The translations under genes were made by a program, and so were the position numbers. The notes beneath the pieces are model-generated. The model had not been told where the DNA came from and searched no databases. It saw only the letters and a list, made by a program, of their open reading frames with translations. From Octopus bimaculoides (Eukaryota), in the NCBI RefSeq assembly GCF_001194135.2, contig NC_068981.1, positions 94,254,722 to 94,318,721 on the forward strand: a stretch of 64,000 nucleotides of DNA. The letters are read 5' to 3'. This document shows positions 13,056 to 64,000 of the stretch, in pieces (position 1 is the stretch's first letter; the number at the start of each line of letters is the position of its first letter).

Positions 13056-13079
13056 AATAAATATATTTTATAAAATAAA
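13056..13079 (+). terminator. Candidate ECI2 polyadenylation signals (AATAAA at 13056 and 13074)
   Basis: Two AATAAA hexamers about 280-300 nt after the stop, followed by a T-rich tract; the region is AT-rich so chance occurrence is possible. Confidence 0.45.
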
Positions 13080-13538
13080 GAATTAAGAAAAAAATTTTTT
13101 TGTTTATTTTTACATAACTGGTTTTAGTCATTGGACTGTGGTCATGCTAGAGCACCATCTCAAATGTTTGGTTGAACATATTGACCCCACAATCTTTATT
13201 TATCAAATGTCAAACTATTCAGTTTTGGGATACCAAAGGATACACTATTAACAATACTAGCCATTTTTTTTACCCAGTACAGCATAAACACAATGCAAAA
13301 ATACAAACACATATATGAACATACATCATCATCAACATCATTATCTATGCAAGTGGTTGTGAGTATAAATCTATGTGTGTATATAGATATTTATATCTCA
13401 TTACTGACCCAGTACACATAAACAACTTACTTGGGATAAAAAGCTAGCCGATCTTTCCTCTATTGTTGGAAGATATTTATATATACACACACACTCACAC
13501 TCTCACGGAGAGAGAATGACAGAGAGAAAGAGAGAGAT

Positions 13539-13705
13539 GTGCAGGTATTACAGTGTGGTAAGAAGTTTGCTTCCCAATCACATGGTTTCATGTTCAGTTC
13601 CACTGCATTGCACCTTGAGCAAGTATCTTCAGATGTAGCCCTGCACTGACCAAAGCCAAACCTTGTGAGTGAATTTGGTAGAGGGAAACTGAAAGAAGTG
13701 TGTCT
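13539..13705 (+). mobile_element. SINE family A, 5' part
   Basis: gtgtggtaagaagtttgcttcccaatcacatgg..gaaactgaaagaag. Confidence 0.8.
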
Positions 13706-14270
13706 TATGTATGTATCTTACTTCTTCTCACTATCATCCCTCCCCATTAATCACTCCATTATTACTACCCTATGCCTGTTCCATTTTCCAAAGATTAAGC
13801 CAACATATAGTCCCATCACTTTTGATAATTTAGTAGACTGGCCTGGCATTAATTGCTTCTCACATTACTGACCAGTACACATAAACAACTTACTTGAGAT
13901 AAAAAGCTAGCCGATCAGAGCCGATCTTTCCTCTATCGTTGGAAGTTTAGATAACTGGGTCACTTGGGTCAATTATCTCCTCTCCCTACTGTAAACTTGA
14001 ATAATACTTAAATTCTTCTTTGCTCTGACCAAATATACACTATTCTGATGTGTTCATTCTGCCAACTGAATTGTAGCAGAATCAATGTAAATATTTTTAC
14101 TCCATGAATTTGTTAACTATGTTGAATAAGTTGAACTGTCCTTTACGTTCGAAGATCATGAATTCATCTGATGAAAATGGTTTCTTTGCAATGATGTAAT
14201 GTTCTCATTAATCAATTAAAGAAGTCATTAGAAACGGCCATAATGAATTGACACCTGTACCTCTTTGTTA

Positions 14271-14309
<39 letters not shown>

Positions 14310-14318
<9 letters not shown>

Positions 14319-14604
14319 GTTTTGGTATCCAGAAGACCCAAAATGGCAGGTAAGGATATGTAAGTGCTATGGAAGGACTGTAGTTAGACTCCTGGTTCGA
14401 TAATAGTATGAGTAAGGAGTCTAATGTGGGTCGTGTGTGAGCATGTATATGTTAAATAAAATGAGACAATAAAGTCAAGGCAGTGTGAAATTTATACGAC
14501 ATAAAGAGAAAGGTAGTCTTACAGGTAGTCTTACTATCTTTCTCTTTATAAATATCCTAGAAATTTCACACTGCCTTGACTTTGTTGTCTCATTTTATTT
14601 AACA
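14310..14604. repeat. Related PLE-like repeat with an internal hairpin 14450-14604
   Basis: 14310-14520 resembles 16125-16340; arms aaataaaatgagacaataaagtcaaggcagtgtgaaattt and its reverse complement differ at 1 of 40 positions. Confidence 0.6.
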
Positions 14605-15687
14605 CACACACGTGCGTGTGTGTGTGTGGTTATATGCGTATGTATATACATGTGATAATTAAAATGAGGAAAAGAGAAATTCAAATTGATGTTATGTTCA
14701 CTTCACTAAAGAAACATTTTTTATTCTATACCACATATATAGATATGCAATAAATAAAATATATGTAATATGCAATGAAATGAAATGAAATTATTATTGT
14801 TCATTTACCTCATCAGACATCATTATTTGAAACAGTTCACTGTATCCCAAGGAAGATCTTTGACTACCTCCTTGACCTTAATCTCCAGCTCTAAAACAAG
14901 AATTCAAGTACTCCTTTGTACCAGTTCAACCTGGATAGCTGTTTCTGGGGTTTGATGTTAAATAAGAGCTGTAATGTGTATTGTGTGTAGAAATACATAA
15001 AGTAAATTGGTGTTAGCAAATGTATAAGAATCAACACAAGTTTAAATTGAACACTTCACCTCATCGTCAGAAGAGTGTGAAATTTGGGCAACGATGATCT
15101 TTATGTATATATATATATGAATAGAAATCAAACAGATAGGTAGCCTCTATTTGATAAATTAATAGAGCTGGTAATAGATAGCAGGCATAGAAGAAAAGTT
15201 CAAGAATGAGATAGTCCTGGATGTGAGGGGAGACATTAATGGAAAGTCATGCAAGAAAACCAGAAATGAATGAGTAAGGAAGGAGGACGGGAGATGCAAA
15301 GACATCGGATATGGGGGTCATAGCTATAATGACAATGTAATTCAGTCAAAACCAATGAGTTGACTCTAAGGGTGAGTGGGCAGTAGATTGAAACGTCAGA
15401 AGAGTATAATGACAATAAACAGAAAGATGAAAATTAAAAGGAAGAGCAAATTACCTCCTTGCTGTGTATATGCCTCCCCCACTGTCTAGCTGTCAAGTTG
15501 GAAGCCAACAAGTGTGTGGAAGTGTGGTGTCCCTTATAAAATTTTTAGCAAAGGATGTAAAAGTAAATGATAGCTGAGGTTGATTTAATTAGAGGAGAAA
15601 GGTTGGGAAGGTAGTTAGAGGAGTAAACATATGACTAATTAACAGATTAATAGTCATGTGGATAAATAAATATAATTCCTTGAAGAG

Positions 15688-15845
15688 GTGCAGGCATGGC
15701 TGTGTGGTAAGAAGCTTGTTTCCCAGTCACATGGTTCTGGGTTCAGTCTCACTGCATGGAATCTGGGGCAAGTGTCTTCTCTAGCCTTGGGCCAACCAAG
15801 CCTTGTGAGTGGATTTGGTAGACAGAAACTGAAAGAAGCCCATCA
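15688..15845 (+). mobile_element. SINE family A, 5' part
   Basis: gcaggcatggctgtgtggtaagaagcttg..gaaactgaaagaagccc. Confidence 0.85.
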
Positions 15846-15851
15846 TATATA

Positions 15852-15996
15852 TATCTGTAAAAATATGTGACAATTATTCGGTAGCCATGATAGAACTACA
15901 AGTTTCAGATGCTGGGGCAGAAACCCACACCGCCATCTCTTCAGTTATCTGGAGTTCTATCATGGCTACCAAATAATTGTCACATTTTTACAGATA
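15852..15996. mobile_element. Short TIR/foldback element (~45-bp arms) with an internal hammerhead-like core on the - strand
   Basis: tatctgtaaaaa(ta)tgtgacaattattcggtagccatgatagaact ... agttctatcatggctaccaaataattgtcacatttttacagata. Confidence 0.7.
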
Positions 15997-16333
15997 AATT
16001 CCTCTATTTTACATAATATTGAGGTCTCTTTCTTTCTTTTGTTGTCTTTTCTATCAATATATATATATATATATANNNNNNNNNNNNNNNNNNNNNNNAT
16101 ATATAAATAGAGAGAGAAAGGTTATGAGAGGTAATGGTGTCAATAAGACCCAAAGGTGTCAGGTAATGCCGAGTAAGTGTTATGGAAAGACCATAGTTAA
16201 GCTCCAAGTTCATTGATTATGCAAATAAGGGGTCCAACATAGGTCATGTATCAGAATTTGTATATATAAAAATTTTTTTTTAGAATGAGATAAAAAACCA
16301 AGGCTGTGAAGATTTTAGAACATTTATAAATAG

Positions 16334-16380
16334 GTCTTACAGCTGTTTCCAGGTATTTATTATATCCCTTCATCGGAGAC
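16334..16380 (-). ncRNA. Minimal type-I hammerhead ribozyme motif (C4 core variant)
   Basis: GUCU-CCGAUGA-AGG..CCUG-GAAA-CAGCUG-UA-AGAC: stem I GUCU/AGAC, palindromic helix III ACAGCUGU, GUA site. Confidence 0.6.
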
Positions 16381-16621
16381 GGTGTGAGAAAATGGTTAAG
16401 CAATATCAAATAGTTAAGTAACCTCTATTTGATAGATTAATAGAGCTGGTAATAGATAGCAGGCATAGAAGATAAGTTCAAGAATGAGATAGTCCTGGAT
16501 GTGAGGGAGGAAATTAATGGAAAGTCATGCAAGAAAACCAGAAAAGAATGAGTAAGGAGGGAGGACGGGAGACTCAAAGACATCGGATATCTAAACTATT
16601 GCTTAACCATTTTCTCACACT

Positions 16622-16669
16622 GTCTCCAATGAAGGGACATAACAAATATCCTGGAAGCAGTTGTAAGAC
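16622..16669 (+). ncRNA. Degenerate inverted copy of the hammerhead motif
   Basis: GUCU-CCAAUGA-AGGGA..UCCUG-GAAG-CAGUUG-UA-AGAC; G5A and A15.1G changes, so probably inactive. Confidence 0.45.
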
Positions 16670-16764
16670 CTTCTATTTATAAATGTTCTAAAATCTTCAC
16701 ACCCTTGGTTTTTTATCTCATTTTGAAAAGAATTTATATATTTATATATATATATATTTGTGTG

Positions 16765-16957
16765 TGTGTCTGTCTTTGTCCCCCACCATCCTTTGACATC
16801 TAATGCTGGTGTGTTTATGCCCCTGTAACTTAGTGGTTTGGCAAAAGGGACCGATAGAATAAGTTCTGGGGTCGATTTCTTCCACTAACACCCTTTAAGG
16901 CAGTGCTCCAGCATGGCCACGGTCAAATGAGTGAAACAAGTAAAAGAATAAAAGAAT
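16765..16957 (+). mobile_element. SINE family A, 3' part
   Basis: gtccccc..ggtgtgtttatg..gtgctccagcatggccacggtcaaatgagtgaaacaagtaaaaga. Confidence 0.8.
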
Positions 16958-18299
16958 GACTTAAAGGACATAAATGTGTATATTTATAAGGTATGAAGAA
17001 AGAAAATGCTAAAGATAAAGTTTAAGAATTAGGTGCTCTAGAAAGGAGGGGGGCAAAAAATAGGAGGCATGTATAGATTCTACTCAGAACATAGATCTAT
17101 GGTAATAGAACCGTTTTTAAAAAATTGACAGCAGCCAAATGTGATAGCCTCCCTTTGGTGATTGAGAAGACAGTGAGAACTTTCCTTTAAGATATTGACA
17201 AACTTTGTGCAACAGGGGTTGCATGGAAATCTGCCACTCTGATTGGGCCTTTTTGTTTTAATAATGGACCAAGCAATATTATAGGGAATGTTATTGTTAA
17301 GATGGATATGTGATTAGCTCACAAAGTGGAAGTTTTGTGTATTACTGAGGCAAACAAGTGAAGATGGGATAGAAATTGTCTCCTAAAGTCAATCGATGCA
17401 TCTATATAAACATTAGTAGAATTCTGTTGTGTATAATGCACAATACATTTATATACTATGCTATATCTCAAGCAATGACCATACAGGGTGCATTTACCAG
17501 GAATTCTACAGATGCATTGTTTTTTATCTCATAGTAAACAACAATTACTGTCAGTACCATTAGTGTTACATTTCCTATCAATAGTTAAACTAGTATTTAT
17601 ATAAAGTGAACAAAGCCTGGTACTTGATTTGGTATTATTGTGTTGTTATTACTAAAATTATCTCCTTTATTAATGTCAGAATGACCATTGATGTTGTATA
17701 GAAGGATAGGTACATCAATATTCCTCAAATGATTCCTATGATTAATATAGCTACTACAGTTGAAACGTATATTGTATCAGCTTTCAAAGATTTGCAAAAT
17801 TTTGTTGAAAATAATGTTTATTGTTGTACATTTTGGTTAAAATTTTAAATGAGGACTCCTGCTTCACTGGGTGAAAAGAGAAACTGCCAGACTATACTCG
17901 AAAATACACGTGTTATTTTTTTCTTATTTAGAATTATGGTGGTAGTAACGCCAATTGTATTCAACAAAGTGGTTGGAGGAAAATTTTCTCATGCAAGTCT
18001 ATGAGAGAACATTTGCACTATAACAACAATAACAGGAACAATAGCATCAACTGCTACAACAATAACAGCAAAAGTAATGACAACAATTAAGTACAAGGTT
18101 TTTAACATTACAAGCAACAACGGTATCAGTAGCAATAAATACAAAAGTGAATGAAACAACGACGACGATGATGATAGCAACAGCAATGACAACAACGGCA
18201 GGAATAACAAGAATAAAAATGACAAAGTAAGCGGTAAGGGACTCTAGAGACAAGTAATCTTTGTGATGAAATCAAAACAATACTTTTCACTTTCCCTAA

Positions 18300-18915
18300 A
18301 TGACAAGGAAGTGTGCCTAACACAGGCGATATGGCTTGTGAAGGTAATTGGGCAGAGAGTACAAGTTGCCCGCCTAGCAGTGGTTTTGGCAACAACTACA
18401 TGGAAGACAGTGGTGTATCACTGTATATTGGCAAAAAATCCAGTGCCAAGAAACAGCAACACATGTCCAGGTGGAAAGTGCCATCAAAGAAATGTGGACA
18501 GATGTAGACCATGTGACCAGGGCTGCAGTTGGGGAGCGTGGAAGTCCTCTTCAAGAGTGAAGCCCTTATGCCAAAGTACTCCAAAGTATCCATATGCAGC
18601 ATGGAACTCACCCTCAACATATTTAAGGAGAAGGACTTGTTGCACTGTTGCATTAAGATAGAGTTTCACTTGGACTGGGCATCAGGTGAATTTTGGCTTG
18701 TGTTACTTTGGAGAGCATTGGCACACTTCTCAATGCCAAATGAATGGAAAAGAAATTTTGATTAGGGGTCACAATAGAGATCCTCCAGATCAAGCTGGAG
18801 GATGTGAAAATGATCCCAGAACTTATTAATCTGCCCAATGGAGTGGAGCTGCATGTTGCAGTTGAGAGCAGATGGACATGTGTAGTGCAGAAGGCCACTT
18901 AAGAGCATTCTCTTA
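18300..18915 (+). mobile_element. Decayed LINE ORF1/gag-like fragment with a zinc-knuckle remnant
   Basis: Frame-shifted GSVEVLFKSE..; IKLEDVKMIPELINLPNGVELHVAVESR..C..GHL; no splice structure. Confidence 0.5.
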
Positions 18916-19110
18916 TTAAAAAAATATAATTAAAAGACACTAGAAAGGAAGCCTTCACTACAACAGTATACAGCAGTAACAACAACAGCAGTGATGAGAA
19001 CAAAAACAACAGTAGCAGCATCACCATCACCACCACCAACAACAATAGTAGCAATAGCAGCAGCAGCAGCATCAACACATACAGGCAAAGCTGCAACAAG
19101 AACAAGGTGG

Positions 19111-19903
19111 GGATCTTTGGGGTTTGACGGGCAACATTTTTTTTGTAGTGTTTTTGGTACCGAAACACTTTCAAACTTCGAATATTTCTATATTTTGTGG
19201 TATAGAACAGATAAAAGATTTTGTATTCGGAGTTATTTTATGTAAAAAAAATTGTCGTATTTCGGTAAATTCAACCAATCAATGACGTCTATTGAGGTGA
19301 AAACAATTAATGCCGTAACGGTGTCATGGGATCTTTTCCCTTGAATAAAATTAGTCCCGTTGTTTGTCAACAACAACTACCCATGTTACTCTTATTTATG
19401 ACATCGTTCGTGCGTTTGTACTGGTTTTAGCTTTAGGGTTTTACAGTTAGGGTTCGGGTTTTAGAGTTAGGGTTAGTTTTAGGATTACGGTTAGGGTTAT
19501 GATTATTTTTGCCATAACCTTAACTCTAACCCTATAACTCATAACCATAACCCTAACCCTAACCCCAACCTTAACCCGAACCCTAAAACCCGAATCCTAA
19601 CCCTAAAACCCAAACCCTAACCCTAAAACCCTAAACCCTTACTAGGGAATAATGATATAATTAAACAGGGAATAACACGCTTGACACCGAACAGCAGTAA
19701 CTGTATACAGCTGAATAGACGTCAGTGATTGGTTGAAATTACAGAAATACGACAACTTTAACATGAAATAACTTGCGATGTACAATTTTTTGTTAAGAAG
19801 GTTAAGAGAAAAAGTTGTTTTATATGACACATTCTACCAGTGTCCCAAGTTTGAAAGTGTTTCGTTAAGAAAACAAATGTTGCCCGTCAAACCCCAAAGA
19901 TCC
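19111..19903. mobile_element. Non-autonomous DNA transposon, Merlin-like (29-bp perfect TIR beginning GG, 8-bp TSD CAAGGTGG), with internal telomere-like arrays
   Basis: TIR ggatctttggggtttgacgggcaacattt at both ends; CAAGGTGG at 19103-19110 and 19904-19911. Confidence 0.85.
19425..19640. repeat. Degenerate (TTAGGG)n followed head-to-head by (CCCTAA)n
   Basis: ttagggttttacagttagggttcggg..ttagggtt then ccctaaccctaacccc..ccctaaaaccctaaacc. Confidence 0.85.
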
Positions 19904-20311
19904 CAAGGTGGACTAAGAAATGTATAGAACTATGTATGTATTAATTTTCAAACTCAAGATCTGTTATTAGTGCCTCAATGACTTTGTTACTTTGATTCTT
20001 CTACATTGTAGTTTGTTATTTTGGGTGAAATTGATTGCAATAAAATTGTCTTTGTTTACAATTTATCAAATAAAGCAGACAACAATTTATGTTTAAAAAA
20101 AACAAGGATTTATTTCAAAGTAAACAATAAAAATATGCAGTTGACCCATAGATTTTTGTATGAAAATATAAAGAATTATCAGTTCTTTTAGAAATTGCAT
20201 TGATTCAGCTGGACAATGTAAGGCAATGTATGACGATTTTTACATAAAAAGCATCTTTACTGATCTCTTCAAAGCTTCATATTGTGAACCTTTAACAGAA
20301 CAAAGCTTTCA

Positions 20312-20349
<38 letters not shown>

Positions 20350-20960
20350 AGTGAATTTCAGTGATTTAATAGAGAAACTCACAAAGAATATGGTTAGATT
20401 TGAGTTAAAATGTCTGTGTGGTATTACAACCAATGTTAAGCAATATCAAATTCAGAAGCAGAAAAAAAAAAAAAAAGAGGAAATTTCACTTAATAATTTC
20501 GCATTTAGTTTTGAATGCTCTCTTTGGCACAGTGCCATTTCTGTTAGCAGAAATTATTGACCCTTATATATACATAGATATATATATATTTGATATAGAG
20601 AGAATCTAAATGCAAGCTGCTGCAAGTTTCATGACTCTTATTGGATGAGCTTGTATAGCATGCTGTGTTTTATGAGGTTCAAAATATATAAGGGCCAGTT
20701 CAAATTTTGACCAGAGTGTTTCAAATTTAATGCTCTAGCATTATTTAGAAAACTATAATGTTTTTTAGTTAATTAAATGTATTTTGTTCTGCTAAATGTG
20801 ACATTTTTGATAATTCAACCACTCTTGTATACTTCTGCAGCCTACTTCATTTTCATCATACATAATTTATACAAACTTATTCAACACGCATATAATAAAA
20901 AAAAAACAAGAATCAAAGTGTACTTTTTGTAAAAATATATGTTGTATAATAATAATAATA

Positions 20961-21002
<42 letters not shown>

Positions 21003-21438
21003 CAGAATCATTTCACTTTTGTTTTATGTGATTTCTTTAGACATGTTACAAGTTGTTTCAAAGTAAAAATCAAATCAATTTGTTAATTTTATTAATTGAG
21101 CTTGTATTTTTTAAAATTAAAATATTAAACTTGAAACTAATAAAGATTAAATTCAATCAAATGCTACCTGAGGAGTACATCCAAAAGAAAAGGAATGATA
21201 CAAGTGATAACAAAGAAAAATGTGTAAAAAAAAAAATTATGAAAATCTTTCTATGGATGAGGAGAAATTATAGTATGTATGTTTAAGTATGTGAGTATTT
21301 GTGCAGCAATTAATGTTTCCATATCTGTATAAGTATGTGCATGGAATTTGTGTGTGTGTATGTGTGTGTGTGTAAGGTTTATATCTATACCTTTGATTAT
21401 ATCTTATTCAATAAGCAATAGTCTGCAAATAAGGCTTG

Positions 21439-21456
21439 ATAATAATAATAATAATC

Positions 21457-21505
<49 letters not shown>
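21439..21505. repeat. (TAA)n microsatellite; others at 20948-21003, 22172-22270 and 26533-26597
   Basis: Directly visible. Confidence 0.95.
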
Positions 21506-21506
<1 letters not shown>

Positions 21507-21507
21507 C

Positions 21508-21711
21508 TTTTCTACTATAGGCAAAGGCCTGAAGTTTTGGGGCAAGTTGATTACATTGACCCCAGTACTCAGCTGGTACTAATTTTATCAACCCACTAAG
21601 GAATGAAAGGTGAAGTCAGCCATGGTGGAATTTGAACTAAGAATGTAAAGATGGATGAAACACTGCTCAGCATTTTGCCTGGCATGGTAACGATTCTACC
21701 AAATTGCCGCC

Positions 21712-21715
<4 letters not shown>
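21508..21715 (-). mobile_element. SINE family C with (TAA)n tail
   Basis: Reverse complement of family C; flanked by (TAA)n. Confidence 0.8.
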
Positions 21716-21743
<28 letters not shown>

Positions 21744-22183
21744 GCAATGATGATAATAATAATGATTTTTAGCATAAGCACAGGGTCACATACTTAGTGG
21801 GAAGTGTTAGTTGATTAAATAAACTGCAGTACAAATATTTTATTTTTATCAACCTTGGAAGGATGAAAGGGAAAGCTGACTCCAGTGGGATATAATAGAA
21901 TGTAAAAGAGAAATAATGAAATACTGTAGGAGTCTAGGTTATTTAATTATATAAAGGGGCATAACTGAAGTAAAAAATATTAATGGTGATATACTGATTG
22001 AAGACCGATTTCTATTGAAGAAGTACAGTGGACTAATATACTAATTATTGGCCTGGAAGGAAGGAAGCAAAATATGACACCGGAGGGACTTGAACTTAGA
22101 ATGTAGAGGAATGAACTAAAGTACTTGAAGGTATCTTATTTGTTACTTTAGTTCTTGTCAGTTCATCACTCTAATATAATAAC

Positions 22184-22260
<77 letters not shown>

Positions 22261-23202
22261 TAATAATAATGATAACAATAATGGTTTATTTATTTGTTAA
22301 TATTATAAAGAAATCAATAATGATAATAATAAATAACAACAACAATTTAAAACTGATTTTGCCAATTAGTTGAGCTTCATATGGTTATATTTTACCAAGA
22401 AAGAATTCTTTAGATTTTTAGGAAGTATTAGGGATATATTTACACATTTTACTCAGTTGATCTTTAACTTACAGATACAGTCAAAGAAATGGAAGAGATA
22501 TTCCTACAACAACTTGGTCTTCTCATTGTTCTGTTAATGTCCTTATTACCATCTTATCTTTCATTGGGAAAATTAAAAAAATATCTTTAAATTCTTTTTT
22601 GCTTTTAAGAAAATGGGCGTAAAAAAAATGGTCTAAACACACCAGTTAGTTTTTATAAAATTATTATCTCTTTTAAGGTATTTTTATGATAAATAGTTTG
22701 GATACAAAGCAGAACAAATCATGCAAATATTTAATGATGATTGTACTGTAGATCCAATTAATTTCTGTTAATTCAGTAAGTGAGAGAAATCACAGCAAAA
22801 CAACAGTTGTATAGCTTAGATATCTATTCTTTTTTTTTTAGATAGGCATCAGGTCTGAAACCCATAGGGAAATGAATTTGTGTGATGTTAATGACATCAA
22901 TGATGTGACAGAAGTTATATGGTTACAAGGTTGAAACATAAACACACAGTGAGTTTACCTTAGCGCTTTTTTTTTTGGCACTCACATAACCATTATTGAG
23001 ATAATATTAACAAATCTGCTTTCTGAATGTTCTGAGAGAAAAGATCTATTAGTTGAAAACTTAGAATATGTTATTTGTATAGTTATCACAGGAGGCAATT
23101 TTTGTTTTCTACTCCTTTGATGTATCTTGAAATATTTTAAGAAAAGAAAATGGAAATAGTATAAAGCCAATAAAAGAAATATTATTTAAAATGAAGTTTT
23201 TC

Positions 23203-63508
<40,306 letters not shown>

Positions 63509-63649
63509 CTGAAAATATAGGAAACATGTTTTCTTGAAATAATTTTTCCCATACTTGCAGTAATAATACAATGTTTTTGAAAGGTTGCTTACAATATCTG
63601 GAAAAATATACAGCCATTACTGTTGTCTAATATTCAAATTTATCTAATC

Positions 63650-64000
63650 ATCATCATCATCATCGTCATTTAACGTCCGCTTTCCATGCTAGCATGGGTT
63701 GGACGATTTGACTGTGGACTGGTGAAACCGGATGGCTACACCAGGCTCCAATCTAATTTTGCAGAGTTTCTACAGCTGGATGCCCTTCCTAACGCCAACC
63801 ACTCAGAGAGTGTAGTGGGTGCTTTTACGTGTCACCCACACGAAAACGGCCACGCTCGAAATGGTGTCTTTTATGTGCCACCCGCAAAAGAGCCAGTCCA
63901 GGGGCACTGGCAATGATCTCGCTCGAAAATCCTATGAAGGCCAGTCAGGCGGTACTGGCAACGGCCACGCTCAAAATGGTGCATCTTATGTGCCACCCGC
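63650..64000 (-). mobile_element. Repeat family D, inverted, runs off the window
   Basis: catcatcgtcatttaacgtccgctttccatgctagcatggg..ggcggtactggcaacggccacgctc. Confidence 0.85.

Larger units (their letters stand above)
16284..16722. mobile_element. Foldback element: ~125-bp inverted arms (16284-16405 / 16597-16722), each with a hammerhead motif, around a 190-bp core that is also present at 15127-15312; probably a PLE pLTR derivative
   Basis: Arm sequences are reverse complements (aatgagataaaaaaccaagg..gtgtgagaaaatggttaagcaata); the core is a direct repeat of 15127-15312. Confidence 0.6.

Noticed and set aside
19425-19640. True telomere or chromosome fusion site
   Set aside because: Degenerate repeats enclosed in a TIR/TSD-bounded element

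Overview
AT-rich, repeat-dense animal genomic scaffold with nine N-gaps, most bordered by (TA)n. The SINE/LINE families resemble those of octopus (coleoid cephalopod); this is inferred from repeat recognition, not proven. Two spliced genes converge tail-to-tail. (1) The last four coding exons of ECI2 (enoyl-CoA delta isomerase 2, + strand, 607-12779), ending in a PTS1-type SKM*. (2) The 3' 29 coding exons of a full-size ABCA lipid transporter (- strand, 63508 down to 23203; 4155 nt, 1384 aa plus stop). All ABCA introns are GT-AG with continuous phase, both NBDs are intact, and a 28-nt micro-exon missed by the ORF track is needed to keep the frame. Introns and the ~10 kb intergenic region hold decayed Tc1/mariner elements, hAT/piggyBac/Merlin-type MITEs, L2/CR1, RTE, R4/Dong and HERO-like LINE ends, several tRNA-derived SINE families, and micro/minisatellites. 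The most striking non-genic signal is five minimal type-I hammerhead-ribozyme motifs within about 14 kb (15.9-30 kb). One lies at the 3' end of a Penelope-like element with an intact GIY-YIG ORF, two form an inverted pair, one sits inside a TIR foldback, and one is at the tail of a tRNA-headed SINE. A Merlin-like foldback MITE carries head-to-head TTAGGG/CCCTAA arrays. All calls were made by eye, without database searches.
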